Source: Thermoguttaceae bacterium
GTDB lineage: Bacteria; Planctomycetota; Planctomycetia; Pirellulales; Thermoguttaceae
Assembly (NCBI GenBank): GCA_017435375.1
Contig: JAFSFF010000393.1
Span: forward strand, 1 to 35,905
Reading direction: 5' to 3'
DNA length: 35,905 bases
In this document: positions 1-8,908 of the stretch, in pieces
Layout of the letters: every line of letters begins with the position of its first letter
Numbering within the stretch: position 1 is the first letter of the stretch
Position numbers and translations under genes: made by a program
Notes under the pieces: model-generated
Seen by the model: only the letters and a program-made list of their open reading frames with translations
Told to the model about the DNA's origin: nothing
Database searches by the model: none

Positions 1-126
1 CCGCCCGAGGTCTCGATGCGCATTATCGCCGAAATCTTCGAGTACACGTCGAAGAATATGCCCAAGTTCAACTCGATTTCGATTTCGGGTTACCATATGC
101 AGGAGTACCGTTGCGTTCGCGGATAG
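1..126 (+). pseudogene. Internal fragment of B12-dependent methylmalonyl-CoA mutase (catalytic subunit). It enters from the left edge and homology stops at about nt 105.
   Basis: Frame 1 reads [35 protein letters not shown], which matches the conserved ...[19 protein letters not shown]... block of methylmalonyl-CoA mutases. After nt 105 the expected AGA... is replaced by YRCVRG and a TAG stop (124-126). Confidence 0.7.
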
Positions 127-1213
127 AAATAACCAGTTTTCCGCCGCGCAAACCGGCCGAGTCGGCGGCGCCGCCCTCGTCGATAAGTCCCGGAATAAGG
201 CCGTTTTCCGTTTCGGTTACTTGAACGACGCCCGCGTCGCCGCGCACCACTTCGCCCTTTTCGAGCAAAATCGACGCGATGCGGTGAATCGTGTTGACCG
301 GAATCGCGAAACCGACGCCGGAGCTTTCGCCGACGCGGCTCGCGATCGCGGTGTTCATTCCGATCATTCGGCCCTTCGAGTCGAGAAGAACGCCGCCGGA
401 GTTGCCCGGATTGATCGCCGCGTCGATCTGAATGACGCCTTTAATTTGGCGAAATTGTTGCGGACTTTCGATCGTTCGGTTAAGATTCGAAACGATTCCT
501 TGCGTCATCGTTCGTTCGAGACCGAACGGATTGCCGATCGCGAAAACGGTTTGACCGACGAGAAGTTGCGACGAGTCGCCGAATTGAATCGGGAAGAGAC
601 TCGATTGCGGCGCGTCGATTTTTAAGAGCGCGACGTCGGTGTTCGGGTCGACGCCGAGCGGTTTGGCCGGATACGTTTCGCCGTTGAAAAGCGTTACTTC
701 AATCTTGCTCGAACCTTCGACGACGTGAAAGTTCGTCAAAACGACGCCGGACGCGTTGAGAACGATTCCGCTGCCGCAACCCGCGGACATTTGCGGGAAG
801 AAGGAGCGTTGATTTTCCGAAACGGTCGCGACGTTGACGACGCTTTTGTTATTTTGGGCGTAAATTTCAATTTGAGAGCGTTCTAGCGGGGAAAATTCGT
901 TCAAGCGCGCGGCGAGATCGTCGGGCGCGTCGACGGCGCGACGGAGCGGAGACGCGGCGGACGCCGAGTCGGCGAGGGGCGGAATTTGCGTCGAAAGGGG
1001 CGTCGCGACGTTTTTCGCGTCGTCGTAAGCGTCGAACGCGTCCGCAAAATCGGCAAAATCGTTTTGACCGGCGGGAGCGGGGCGACGGAAGTCCGGGTGT
1101 TGAGCGGCGAGACACGGAAAGAGCGTCGTCGACGGCAAAAACGATTGGAACGAGAGCGCGACGCAACCGCCGGCGAGGGCGGCGGCAAGATAGGTAAACG
1201 ACGATTTGCGCAT
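68..1213 (-). CDS. Secreted HtrA/DegP-family (S1C) serine protease whose PDZ domain appears cut short at the C-terminus
   Basis: It has an N-terminal signal-like hydrophobic segment. The catalytic triad contexts are TNFHVV, DVALLK and GNSGG. A PDZ-like start ([29 protein letters not shown]) then runs into unrelated sequence that is antisense to the mutase fragment. Confidence 0.8.
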   Translation of the reverse strand: MRKSSFTYLAAALAGGCVALSFQSFLPSTTLFPCLAAQHPDFRRPAPAGQNDFADFADAFDAYDDAKNVATPLSTQIPPLADSASAASPLRRAVDAPDDLAARLNEFSPLERSQIEIYAQNNKSVVNVATVSENQRSFFPQMSAGCGSGIVLNASGVVLTNFHVVEGSSKIEVTLFNGETYPAKPLGVDPNTDVALLKIDAPQSSLFPIQFGDSSQLLVGQTVFAIGNPFGLERTMTQGIVSNLNRTIESPQQFRQIKGVIQIDAAINPGNSGGVLLDSKGRMIGMNTAIASRVGESSGVGFAIPVNTIHRIASILLEKGEVVRGDAGVVQVTETENGLIPGLIDEGGAADSAGLRGGKLVISIRERNGTPAYGNPKSKSS

Positions 1214-1667
1214 TGAGAGCGTCCTTTGTTGCGATTGGGCAAATTTTAACGGCGCGATCGGGCGACGCCGCGACCGAGCGGAAAGCGGAGAAGCGATTCC
1301 TTCGCGTCTTCAAGGAATTTTACGCAATTTCGGCGCGTTCGTCGAGAAAAAAAAGACGATTTCGAGCGATTTTCGAGAAATTTTTTCACTTTTTTTTCCA
1401 ACGGCGTTTTCTTAAACGGGGACGAGGCGAGCGGTCGAAAGTTTTTTCGGGAAAAATCTTGATTTTTCGAATGTTCCTTTTATAATGAATAAACGAGCGT
1501 AAGCGCGGAGCGGTCGGCGTTTGCGCGACGGACGGTTTGAACCGTCGAGCGGTTAACGCGTCGGAAATTGTCGTCGGTCGCGCAAATTGGCCGAAAAACG
1601 CCGCCGCGCGGAAGATTTCGCAAAAAAAGCGCCGGTTACGAAGAAAAACGTCGGAGGAAAACGATAA

Positions 1668-2933
1668 ATGCACATTATCTTGTTTGAGGACGATAAAGTC
1701 GTCGATCTTTATCCGATCACCGTCGGGCGTCCGGCGTTTTCGATTAGCGTCGGTTCCTTGCGTTTATTGAATTTGGCGCGGCAATTAGGGGGCGAGATCG
1801 AGTTGATCGCGCGTCCGCACCTTCGCGATTTGTTGCGCGAAGACGTTCCGTTCGCTTGGACTCCGGCTCGAGGCGATCGCAAGGGCCCGATTCTGTTGAT
1901 CAACGCGAGAACGGCGCCGCGTTACGCTCTCTTGAACGCTTGGCGAGCGTTGACGACGACGCCTTGCGAACGGGGCGCCGCGATCGTTTCCGGGTCGTCC
2001 ATCGTCGCCGCGACGCTGAATTCGGCGGAGTTTTTGCCGCGTCAAGAGATCGGTTGCGCGCAGTTGCAGGGGATTTTGAAGGACTTGAACCTCCAAACGG
2101 TCGAGATCGGCGAACCGATTTCCCTATTGGAACGCTCGTCCGACGCGGTGCGTTATCATTTGCGTTACATTAACGAAAATTTAGAAAGCCGCGTCGCGAC
2201 CGGCGACTATTGCGAGATCGCCGACGGGCTTTTCGTGCCGCGCGCCGTCGAGGAGCGCCCGGAAATCGGCGAGTATTTCGTCGTCGATTCGAAAAACGGG
2301 CCCGTTATTTTAGATAAAAAGGTTAAAATCGGGCCGTTTGCTTTTATGCGCGGGCCGGTTTACGTCGGGCGAAACAGCCGGATTCTGGAACACGCGGCGA
2401 TTAAGGATTACGTCGCGGTCGGCTCGACGTGCAAGGTCGGCGGCGAGGTCGAGGCGACGACGATCGAGCAATATTCGAACAAGCAGCACCACGGCTTTCT
2501 CGGGCATAGTTATTTGGGAAGCTGGGTAAACTTGGGCGCCGGAACGTGCAACAGCGACCTGAAAAACTCGTACAACGAAGTTTGGCAAGAGACGCCGGCC
2601 GGGAAAACGCCGTCGCGAATGCAGTTTTTAGGGTGCGTCGTTGGCGACTATGCGAAAACGGCGATCAATACGAGTATTTTCACCGGGAAAACGATCGGCG
2701 CGTGCAGTATGGTCTACGGTTTCGTAACGACCGCGGTGCCGAGTTTCGTCAATTACGCGCGTTCGTTCGGGCAAACGACCGAAATTTCGCTCGAATTGAT
2801 GATCGCGACGCAAGAACGAATGTTTTTCCGCCGCGACGTCAAGCAACGACCTTGCGACGTCAAGTTGATTCGCGATATGTACGAGCTGACGCGCTCCGAA
2901 CGCCAGTTGGCGAACGAACCGCTAGCGCTCTAA
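1668..2933 (+). CDS. Putative sugar nucleotidyltransferase/acyltransferase of the alternative GlmU-like family, with a left-handed beta-helix C-terminal half
   Basis: The N-terminus MHIILFEDDKVVDLYPITVGRPAF is typical of this PVC-type family. Hexapeptide-repeat-like segments occur in the C-terminal half (VGSTCKVGGEVE, GSWVNLGAGT, VVGDYAKTAINT). A GGAGG motif lies about 11 nt upstream of the ATG. Confidence 0.65.
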   Translation: MHIILFEDDKVVDLYPITVGRPAFSISVGSLRLLNLARQLGGEIELIARPHLRDLLREDVPFAWTPARGDRKGPILLINARTAPRYALLNAWRALTTTPCERGAAIVSGSSIVAATLNSAEFLPRQEIGCAQLQGILKDLNLQTVEIGEPISLLERSSDAVRYHLRYINENLESRVATGDYCEIADGLFVPRAVEERPEIGEYFVVDSKNGPVILDKKVKIGPFAFMRGPVYVGRNSRILEHAAIKDYVAVGSTCKVGGEVEATTIEQYSNKQHHGFLGHSYLGSWVNLGAGTCNSDLKNSYNEVWQETPAGKTPSRMQFLGCVVGDYAKTAINTSIFTGKTIGACSMVYGFVTTAVPSFVNYARSFGQTTEISLELMIATQERMFFRRDVKQRPCDVKLIRDMYELTRSERQLANEPLAL

Positions 2934-3116
2934 TTTTTGCGCTTGGCGAAAACGCGCCGATTGAGTAGAATGCCGTTGAAACGAGGAAGCCGAAGAAACG
3001 AACGGCTGCTCCGACGTCGGCGCGAAGCGATTTTTACGCGTTTGACGAAGATAACGGGAACGCCGACGCGTCGAAGGGCGCCGAACGCGTTTGTTGAGAG
3101 AAAACGAGGCCTTTAA

Positions 3117-4178
3117 GTGAACTTTAACGATTTGTTGCGGCGGCGGTGCGCTTGGTTGCGAGACGACGGGCCCGATTCCGACGTCGCGATTTCGAGTCGC
3201 GTTCGATTGGCGCGAAATTTGAGCGGTTTTCCTTTTGTCGGTCGCGCGACGACCGACGATTTGCGCAACGTCGTCGCCGCGTGTTCGCAAGTCGTCGAGA
3301 AACGTTTTTCGACCGAAGACACGGAATTTATCGATTTTAGCGATATTACGACCGACGACGCCCGCTTTTTGCAAGAACGGCTTTTGGCGAGTCGCGAATT
3401 TGTCGAGGCCGGCGAGCGACCGCGAGCGCTTCTGCTGGAAAAACGCGAAAATTTTTGCGCGATGGTCAACGAAGAGGATCATTTGCGTCTTCAAGCGACC
3501 GCGAGCGGTTTCGCGTTGCGCGAACTTTGGAAGAAGGTCGACGAACTGGACGACGCGTTCGAGTCGGAACTCGATTACGCCTTCGACGAAAAATTGGGAT
3601 ACTTAACCGCTTGTCCGTCGAACGTTGGAACGGGCGTGCGCGCGAGCGTGATGCTGCATTTGCCGGCGTTGATTGAAACGAACGAGATTGAAAAGGTGCT
3701 TCGCGGGTTGCAGAAAATGAACCTTGCGGTGCGCGGGATTTACGGCGAGTGGTCGCGCGTTCTCGGCGAGTTCTTTCAGATTAGCAATCAAGCGACGTTG
3801 GGCGCGTCCGAAGAAGAGATTGTCGAACAATTAAGCGAAGTGATTCCATCCGTAATTAATTACGAGCGGCAAGCGCGCCAAACGATGCTGGAAAAAGATC
3901 GCGACGGCGCGTTGGATCGTTGTTGTCGAGCGTTCGCGTTGCTGAAGTCGGCGCGCGCGATCACGATGGAAGAGGCGATGGCGCATCTGTCGAGCGTTCG
4001 ACTCGGCGTGCGCTTGCGTTTGATCGATTCGGCGCCGATTTCCGCGCTCGACGAATTGACCGCTTCGATTCAAACGTCGCATTTGCGCCGCTTAACCGGG
4101 ACGAAAGCGGACGCGGAAATCGACGAAGAAGTGTTGCGCGCCGAGTACGTGCGGAAAAAATTGGCCGCGTACGATTGA
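3117..4178 (+). CDS. mcsB: Protein arginine kinase (ATP:guanido phosphotransferase) McsB
   Basis: The phosphagen-kinase catalytic block GYLTACPSNVGTGVRASVMLHLPAL is present, along with NEEDHLRLQ and ISNQATLG motifs. It has a GTG start and is 353 aa, typical for McsB. Confidence 0.85.
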   Translation: MNFNDLLRRRCAWLRDDGPDSDVAISSRVRLARNLSGFPFVGRATTDDLRNVVAACSQVVEKRFSTEDTEFIDFSDITTDDARFLQERLLASREFVEAGERPRALLLEKRENFCAMVNEEDHLRLQATASGFALRELWKKVDELDDAFESELDYAFDEKLGYLTACPSNVGTGVRASVMLHLPALIETNEIEKVLRGLQKMNLAVRGIYGEWSRVLGEFFQISNQATLGASEEEIVEQLSEVIPSVINYERQARQTMLEKDRDGALDRCCRAFALLKSARAITMEEAMAHLSSVRLGVRLRLIDSAPISALDELTASIQTSHLRRLTGTKADAEIDEEVLRAEYVRKKLAAYD

Positions 4179-4204
4179 CAGATCGCGCGTCGTCGACCTA
4201 AAAA

Positions 4205-4246
4205 CGCGCCGCCAAGAAAAGCGTTTTCTCGGCGGCGTTTTTTTTC
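4205..4246. terminator. Bidirectional intrinsic terminator between convergent mcsB and the small Tat-signal gene
   Basis: The stem is CGCCGCC (4207-4213) paired with GGCGGCG (4231-4237). T8 follows on the + strand and an A-run precedes it, which gives a U-tract on the - strand. Confidence 0.7.
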
Positions 4247-4328
4247 AGGTCGCTTGAAATGAAACCGACGCGACGGAGGCGAAAATCCTCGTTAACGCGA
4301 AATTGGGAAAGGCGCGAGGCGAGCGGCG

Positions 4329-4658
4329 TTAAAATTTAAGGAATTTAACGTTAAGGCCGGCTCTTTTCGTTAAAATTTCGAGGCAGCGAGCGAAGTAGTG
4401 GACGCGACGCGCGCCGTCTTTTTTCAACGCGTAACGGTACGCCGCGTTCAAAATATTCGCCGGGATTTCTCCGGCGCGAGTTTTGGCGACGACGTCGTCG
4501 ACGAACGCGCTTTCGGCGTCCGTTTTAACGCGCAATTCTTGCTTGACCAAGGCCGCGTCGAACGCGTCGAACGCTCCCAAGGCGCCGCGGGAGCCTAAAA
4601 GTCCGATTCCGAGCCCCAAAACGCCGACGGTAAAATCGCGACGAGAAATTCTTTTCAT
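4329..4658 (-). CDS. Small (109 aa) hypothetical protein with a twin-arginine (Tat) signal
   Basis: MKRISRRDFTVGVLGLGIGLLGSRGALGA fits the S/T-RRxF-hydrophobic-AxA Tat signal pattern. The composition is protein-like, unlike the overlapping R-rich frames. Confidence 0.6.
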   Translation of the reverse strand: MKRISRRDFTVGVLGLGIGLLGSRGALGAFDAFDAALVKQELRVKTDAESAFVDDVVAKTRAGEIPANILNAAYRYALKKDGARRVHYFARCLEILTKRAGLNVKFLKF

Positions 4659-4885
4659 AACGACGTCCTTGTCTTGAAACGTTTAATTGATTTAGGCGCG
4701 AAAACGGCGTTCGCGACGAAAACGGACGCGTCGCCGAGAGAGCGAGCGTCAAAAAGCGTTCGACGAACGGCCCGTCGACGCAAGTTTTTCGTTTTATCGG
4801 CGTTCTTGTCGGCAATCTTGAGCGAACGCGGCGACGTTCCGCAAAAACGTCGCCGCGCAAGCGAGATTCGAACGGCGTTCCGGCG

Positions 4886-5581
4886 TTAATCGCGATAAGG
4901 CGCCGGGTCGACGAGGCCCGCTTCGGCGAAACCGGCTCGACGCAGGACGCAGGCTTCGCAACGACCGCAAGACAAACCGGCGTCGTCGAGGTCGTAACAG
5001 GTGCGCGTCAACGAATAATCGAGCCCGAGTTCGACGCCGCGGCGAATGATTTCGCTTTTGTCGAGACGTAAAAGAGGCGCTTTGATTTCGATCGCGGTTC
5101 CTTCGACGCCGACTTTGGTCGCAAGTTGGGCGAGTCGCGAGAAAGCGTCCAAATATTCCGGACGGCAATCGGGATAACCGCTATAATCGACGCAGTTGAC
5201 GCCGAGCCAAATTTCGTCGGCGCCTCGCGTTTCGGCGAAGGCGAGAGCGAGCGATAAAAAAATCGTGTTGCGAGCGGGAACGTAGGAGGTCGGAATCGAG
5301 GAGCCGATTTTTTCGAGCGGAACGTCCGTCTCGACGGCGATCGCGTCGTCGGTTAGCGAGCTGCCGCCGAAAAGCGTTAAGTCGATGGGGAAAATCAGGT
5401 GTTCGCGAACGTTGTAAAAGCGAGCGACGGCGCGGGCCGCGTCGAGTTCGCGAGCGTGTCGCTGATTGTAATTTAAGGTAAGGGCGTAAATTTCTCGACC
5501 TTCGGCCGCCGCGATGGCGCAAACCGTCGAGGAATCGAGGCCTCCGGAAAGTAAAACGACCGCTTTTTTAGGGGACGACAT
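4886..5581 (-). CDS. queC: 7-cyano-7-deazaguanine synthase QueC
   Basis: It carries the PP-loop KAVVLLSGGLDSST and a C-terminal zinc motif CGRCEACVLR. I place the start at the internal ATG (MSSPKK...) at 5581. The ORF is open up to 5656, but that extension is R-rich and atypical. Confidence 0.85.
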   Translation of the reverse strand: MSSPKKAVVLLSGGLDSSTVCAIAAAEGREIYALTLNYNQRHARELDAARAVARFYNVREHLIFPIDLTLFGGSSLTDDAIAVETDVPLEKIGSSIPTSYVPARNTIFLSLALAFAETRGADEIWLGVNCVDYSGYPDCRPEYLDAFSRLAQLATKVGVEGTAIEIKAPLLRLDKSEIIRRGVELGLDYSLTRTCYDLDDAGLSCGRCEACVLRRAGFAEAGLVDPAPYRD

Positions 5582-5686
5582 AGGGGAACCTTTAAGAAAA
5601 CGGAATGGGGAGCGCGATCGTTCGAGGAAACGACGAAGCGCGTTAGGCGCCGACAAACGACGGCGCGGGGCGAAAGGAAGGGCGGG

Positions 5687-6061
5687 TCAACGATTCTCTT
5701 CTTCGAGCAGCGTCGCGATTAACTCGTTGACGCTCGGCGTTTTGGAAGCGGTCGTTTCGGCGGCGCTCGACGCGTTTTCTTCGCCGCCGTCTTGAGGCGC
5801 GAAGGTTTCGAGTCGAACCGAAAAGGCGAACGGATTCGGCGCAAAATCGGCGCAAGGTTTGGCGAAAACATTCGACGATTCTCGAACGAGCGAAGCGGAG
5901 GTTGGCGAATCGGCGGGCGACGCCGTCGTTTCGGGCGCGGCATTCGCGGTCGGAATCCGAGTTTTTCGGCGACAGCGCGGACAAAGAATCGTTCGACCGG
6001 CAAAATGCGAGGCGACCGTCAGTTCCGAGCGACAGGAGGCGCAGAGAAACGTTATTCTCAT
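5687..6061 (-). CDS. Hypothetical zinc-ribbon protein (124 aa)
   Basis: The N-terminus MRITFLCASCRSEL...ILCPRCRRKTRIP has a CxxC-x(16)-CxxC pattern. It is followed by a low-complexity tail rich in Ala, Ser, Pro and Thr. This ORF is preferred over the overlapping R-rich ORF 5643-6191. Confidence 0.55.
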   Translation of the reverse strand: MRITFLCASCRSELTVASHFAGRTILCPRCRRKTRIPTANAAPETTASPADSPTSASLVRESSNVFAKPCADFAPNPFAFSVRLETFAPQDGGEENASSAAETTASKTPSVNELIATLLEEENR

Positions 6062-6136
6062 TGTTTCGTTTCGTTAAATCGTTGCAATAACGACGAGCGC
6101 GTTTCAAAACGCCGTCGAAGCGACGGGGAAAAAGCG

Positions 6137-6412
6137 TCAAGGCGGATCGTATCCGCCGCGCGAAAAAGGATGGCAGCGTAGAATACGCCAAATCGTTTTA
6201 AGGACGCCGATAAACACGCCGTATTTTTGAACCGCTAAAAGGCAATATTGGCTGCACGTCGGGGTAAAACGGCAACAAGGGCCGAACATAGGACTAATCG
6301 CCGTTTGATAAAAACGAACGATTTTAACGACGATAAAGGTCGATCCGTGTTCTAAAAACGAACCGACAATGCAAAAACGTCGCGATAATAAATGAAAAGC
6401 GCGTTTAATCAT
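6137..6412 (-). CDS. yidD: Membrane protein insertion efficiency factor YidD
   Basis: It contains the YidD signature YQTAISPMFGPCCRFTPTCSQYCLLAVQKYG...RILRCHPFSRGGYDPP. Its start overlaps the rnpA stop by 8 nt (AATGATTAA). Confidence 0.85.
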   Translation of the reverse strand: MIKRAFHLLSRRFCIVGSFLEHGSTFIVVKIVRFYQTAISPMFGPCCRFTPTCSQYCLLAVQKYGVFIGVLKTIWRILRCHPFSRGGYDPP

Positions 6413-6881
6413 TCGGAAGCGAGGACGGTCGAGGCGAAAGCGGAGGAACGTCGAACGTTTCGGAAGTCGACGCTGGCGCCGCGCCTCGTTTTACCGCTTT
6501 TCGAACGCAACGTCGCGACAATTTTACCAAATCGTCCGCGAGCGTTTCAAACGACGGAACCTTTTCTTGACGCGTCGGAATGACGATAAAATCAAAGCCG
6601 GTCGGAAGTTCGCGGCGACGGAGGCGAAACGCTTCGCGGAGAAGCCGTTTCCAACGATTGCGGATAAAGGCTTTGCCGACTTTTTTCGAAACGGAAAGCC
6701 CTAAACGACTCGGCGCGTCCGGCGTCGTCGGACGACAACAAACGGTCAAACGCTCGTTGTAAACGCGAATGCGCGCCCGATACGTAAATTGAAAATCGGT
6801 CGCGCGTTTGATTTTTCGCGTTTTTTCAAAACGGAAAGGACGCGGCGTTGGCGAAGCGTCGGCGGGCGAGGATTCGGTCAT
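6405..6881 (-). CDS. rnpA: Ribonuclease P protein component RnpA
   Basis: The LGLSVSKKVGKAFIRNRWKRLLREAFR block is the RNR motif of RnpA. I place the start at 6881, which gives an ATGA overlap with the upstream thioredoxin gene stop. An alternative ATG is at 6893. Confidence 0.8.
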   Translation of the reverse strand: MTESSPADASPTPRPFRFEKTRKIKRATDFQFTYRARIRVYNERLTVCCRPTTPDAPSRLGLSVSKKVGKAFIRNRWKRLLREAFRLRRRELPTGFDFIVIPTRQEKVPSFETLADDLVKLSRRCVRKAVKRGAAPASTSETFDVPPLSPRPSSLPND

Positions 6882-7468
6882 TCTTCCGGCCAAAGCTCCT
6901 CTTCAAGCGGTTTTTCGGCGGCGTCGGCGCTTTCCGAGGGGGGCGCCGAGACGGCTTCCGGCGTTTTCGACTCGACGACTTGCGGGGCTTGCGGCGCGGG
7001 CGCGCAGATAGAGTCGACGAGATTCGCCAACGTGTGCGGTTCGTAACCGACGATTTGCTCGTATTCGCGACCGTCGAGGTAGACGCGAACGTCCGGAATC
7101 GATTGAACGCCGAGATCGCGCGCTTTTTTCCCGAGTTCGTCGACGTCGACTTCGGCGAATTTTACCCCTCGACCGGCGAAGTAACCGGCTTGTTTGAGTA
7201 AATCGGGCTCGAAAGCACGACAAGGCGGGCACCACTGCGCGCCGAATTTAACGACGACGACCGGAGCGCTTTTAATAAAATCGTCGTATTCCGTTTCGGT
7301 TTTCAAATGCGCGACTTCGCCGTCGACCGCCGTCGAATAATCGACCGAGTGCGCCGCGGCGGTTTCCGGCGGAATTTCCGACGTTTCGGGAGCGCGACCG
7401 CAGCCGAGCGCGACTCCGAATAGAAGCGTCGAGGCGGTGAAAACGTTAAAAAGCGAACGTTTTGACAT
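6878..7468 (-). CDS. Thioredoxin-fold lipoprotein (TlpA/thioredoxin-like)
   Basis: It has the lipobox-type signal MSKRSLFNVFTASTLLFGVALGCG and the redox motif WCPPC. AGGAGA lies 7 nt upstream of the ATG at 7468, whereas the track start at 7486 has no RBS. Confidence 0.75.
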   Translation of the reverse strand: MSKRSLFNVFTASTLLFGVALGCGRAPETSEIPPETAAAHSVDYSTAVDGEVAHLKTETEYDDFIKSAPVVVVKFGAQWCPPCRAFEPDLLKQAGYFAGRGVKFAEVDVDELGKKARDLGVQSIPDVRVYLDGREYEQIVGYEPHTLANLVDSICAPAPQAPQVVESKTPEAVSAPPSESADAAEKPLEEELWPEE

Positions 7469-7669
7469 TGATCGTCTCCTGCGCAAACCGACGCGAACGC
7501 GTCGCTAAGAATAATGGGTGGCTAACGAACAAACGGCGTTATAAAAACGGTTGTTCGTCAAGAAATACCGTCGTTCGCCGATTTTAACGCGTCCTATAAT
7601 CGGTAAAAGCGTTAAAGTCGGCGACGTAAGAGGCGGGAGCGTCCGAAAACGCTCCCCGCGGGTAAAAAA

Positions 7670-8908
7670 TCAAGCGCCGAATTTGCCCAAACGGTTGGCG
7701 TGCGCCATCGCGAGCGGCATCAGGTGAATCGCTTGGAAGTGGCCGAGACCGCCGAAATTGTTCGCTTCCGTTTCGCCGAATTTTTGGCAGGAGTCGGTGC
7801 GCGCGAGGTCGGAAACGATCATCGTCGGAACCGGATGGAAGGAGTGCGAAGCCATCTTCGCCGGGGTGCTGTGGTCGCCGGTAACGATCAAGCAGTCGTT
7901 CGGGCCGATAAGCGACGCGATTTCCGGCATCACTTTGTCGAGTTCTTCGACCATCTTGCGTTTTTCTTCATAGTTGACGTCTTCGCCGCGGCTGTCGGTG
8001 TACTTGAAGTGGAGGAAGAAGAAGTCGTATTTGTTCCAGTTTTCTTTCAGCACTTCGACTTCTTCTTGGAGCGAGGCCGGGGAACCGACGAGTTCCATTC
8101 CGACGAGGCTCGCGAGACCTTTGTACATCGGGTAAACGGCGATCGCGGCGGCGTCGAGACCGTACAGTTCTTTGTAGGTCGGGAGGCTCGGCTTCTTCGC
8201 GAAACCGCGCATCGTCAGGCAGTTAGCCTTCGGTTGGCCTTTAAGAATTTCGACGGCTTGGTTGAAGAATTCCTTCGCGACTTGCGCGGTCTTTTCGCTT
8301 TCGGCGTCTTTGGCGACCGGGTCGAGCGGTTTCGCGCCGACCTTTTGCGGGTCGGTGTCCGCGACGTTGCCGCCGAGACCTTCGCCGCGGAAAACGACGA
8401 CGAAACGGTGTTCTTTCACCGGCTTGACGAAGACTTCGACGCCCGGGATTTTGACGTTTTCGAGGAGTTTAACGACTTCGACCGATTCTTCCGTCGGAAT
8501 GCGGCCCGCGCGACGGTCGGTGATGAGGCCGTTTTCGTCGATCGTGCAGAAGTTGCAACGGATGCAGACGTCGTTCGGGCCGACCGGGAACGCGATGCCG
8601 GCGGCTTCGAGAACGCCGCGACCGATTTGGAAGACGAGCGGATCGTAACCGAAGAGGCCGAGGTGGCCCGGGCCGCTGCCGGGGGTAATGCCCGGGAGAA
8701 TCGGGAGCGACATGCCGGAAACGCCCTTGGCGGCGAGTTGATCGAGATTCGGCGTCGACGCGGCTTCCAATTCGGTCGGCCCGCCCGGTTGCAGCGGAAG
8801 ACCGCCGATACCGTCCGAAACGACCATAACGATTTTACCGCCTTCATCGGTTTTGAGGGATTGAATCAACTCGTGCAGTTCCATTTCAAACCTTTCGTCT
8901 TCAAACAA
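7670..8908 (-). CDS. apgM: Cofactor-independent (archaeal-type, ApgM) 2,3-bisphosphoglycerate-independent phosphoglycerate mutase
   Basis: Motifs seen are VMVVSDGIGGLP, ...RRAGRI..., and the metalloenzyme motif VTGDHSTP. At about 410 aa the size is typical. An alternative start MELHEL is at 8884. The + strand ORF 7700-8920 is an antisense shadow. Confidence 0.8.
   Translation of the reverse strand: MFEDERFEMELHELIQSLKTDEGGKIVMVVSDGIGGLPLQPGGPTELEAASTPNLDQLAAKGVSGMSLPILPGITPGSGPGHLGLFGYDPLVFQIGRGVLEAAGIAFPVGPNDVCIRCNFCTIDENGLITDRRAGRIPTEESVEVVKLLENVKIPGVEVFVKPVKEHRFVVVFRGEGLGGNVADTDPQKVGAKPLDPVAKDAESEKTAQVAKEFFNQAVEILKGQPKANCLTMRGFAKKPSLPTYKELYGLDAAAIAVYPMYKGLASLVGMELVGSPASLQEEVEVLKENWNKYDFFFLHFKYTDSRGEDVNYEEKRKMVEELDKVMPEIASLIGPNDCLIVTGDHSTPAKMASHSFHPVPTMIVSDLARTDSCQKFGETEANNFGGLGHFQAIHLMPLAMAHANRLGKFGA

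Noticed and set aside
2934-3116. A possible small McsA-like activator ORF upstream of mcsB
   Set aside because: The only ATG ORF I see is a 28-codon R-rich peptide (MPLKRGSRRNERLLRRRREAIFTRLTKI) with no Cys-rich zinc-finger or UVR motif, so it is most likely non-coding.
5643-6191. A 182-aa minus-strand ORF overlapping the yidD end and the zinc-ribbon ORF
   Set aside because: Its composition is Arg-rich and not protein-like, and it overlaps the well-supported yidD. The alternative frame 5687-6061 has a CxxC…CxxC zinc-ribbon and normal composition.
7630-7669. The hairpin GGGAGCGT/ACGCTCCC directly after the apgM stop, considered as its terminator
   Set aside because: On the minus strand the T-run precedes the stem rather than following it, so it does not fit a canonical intrinsic terminator. 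Its function is undetermined.
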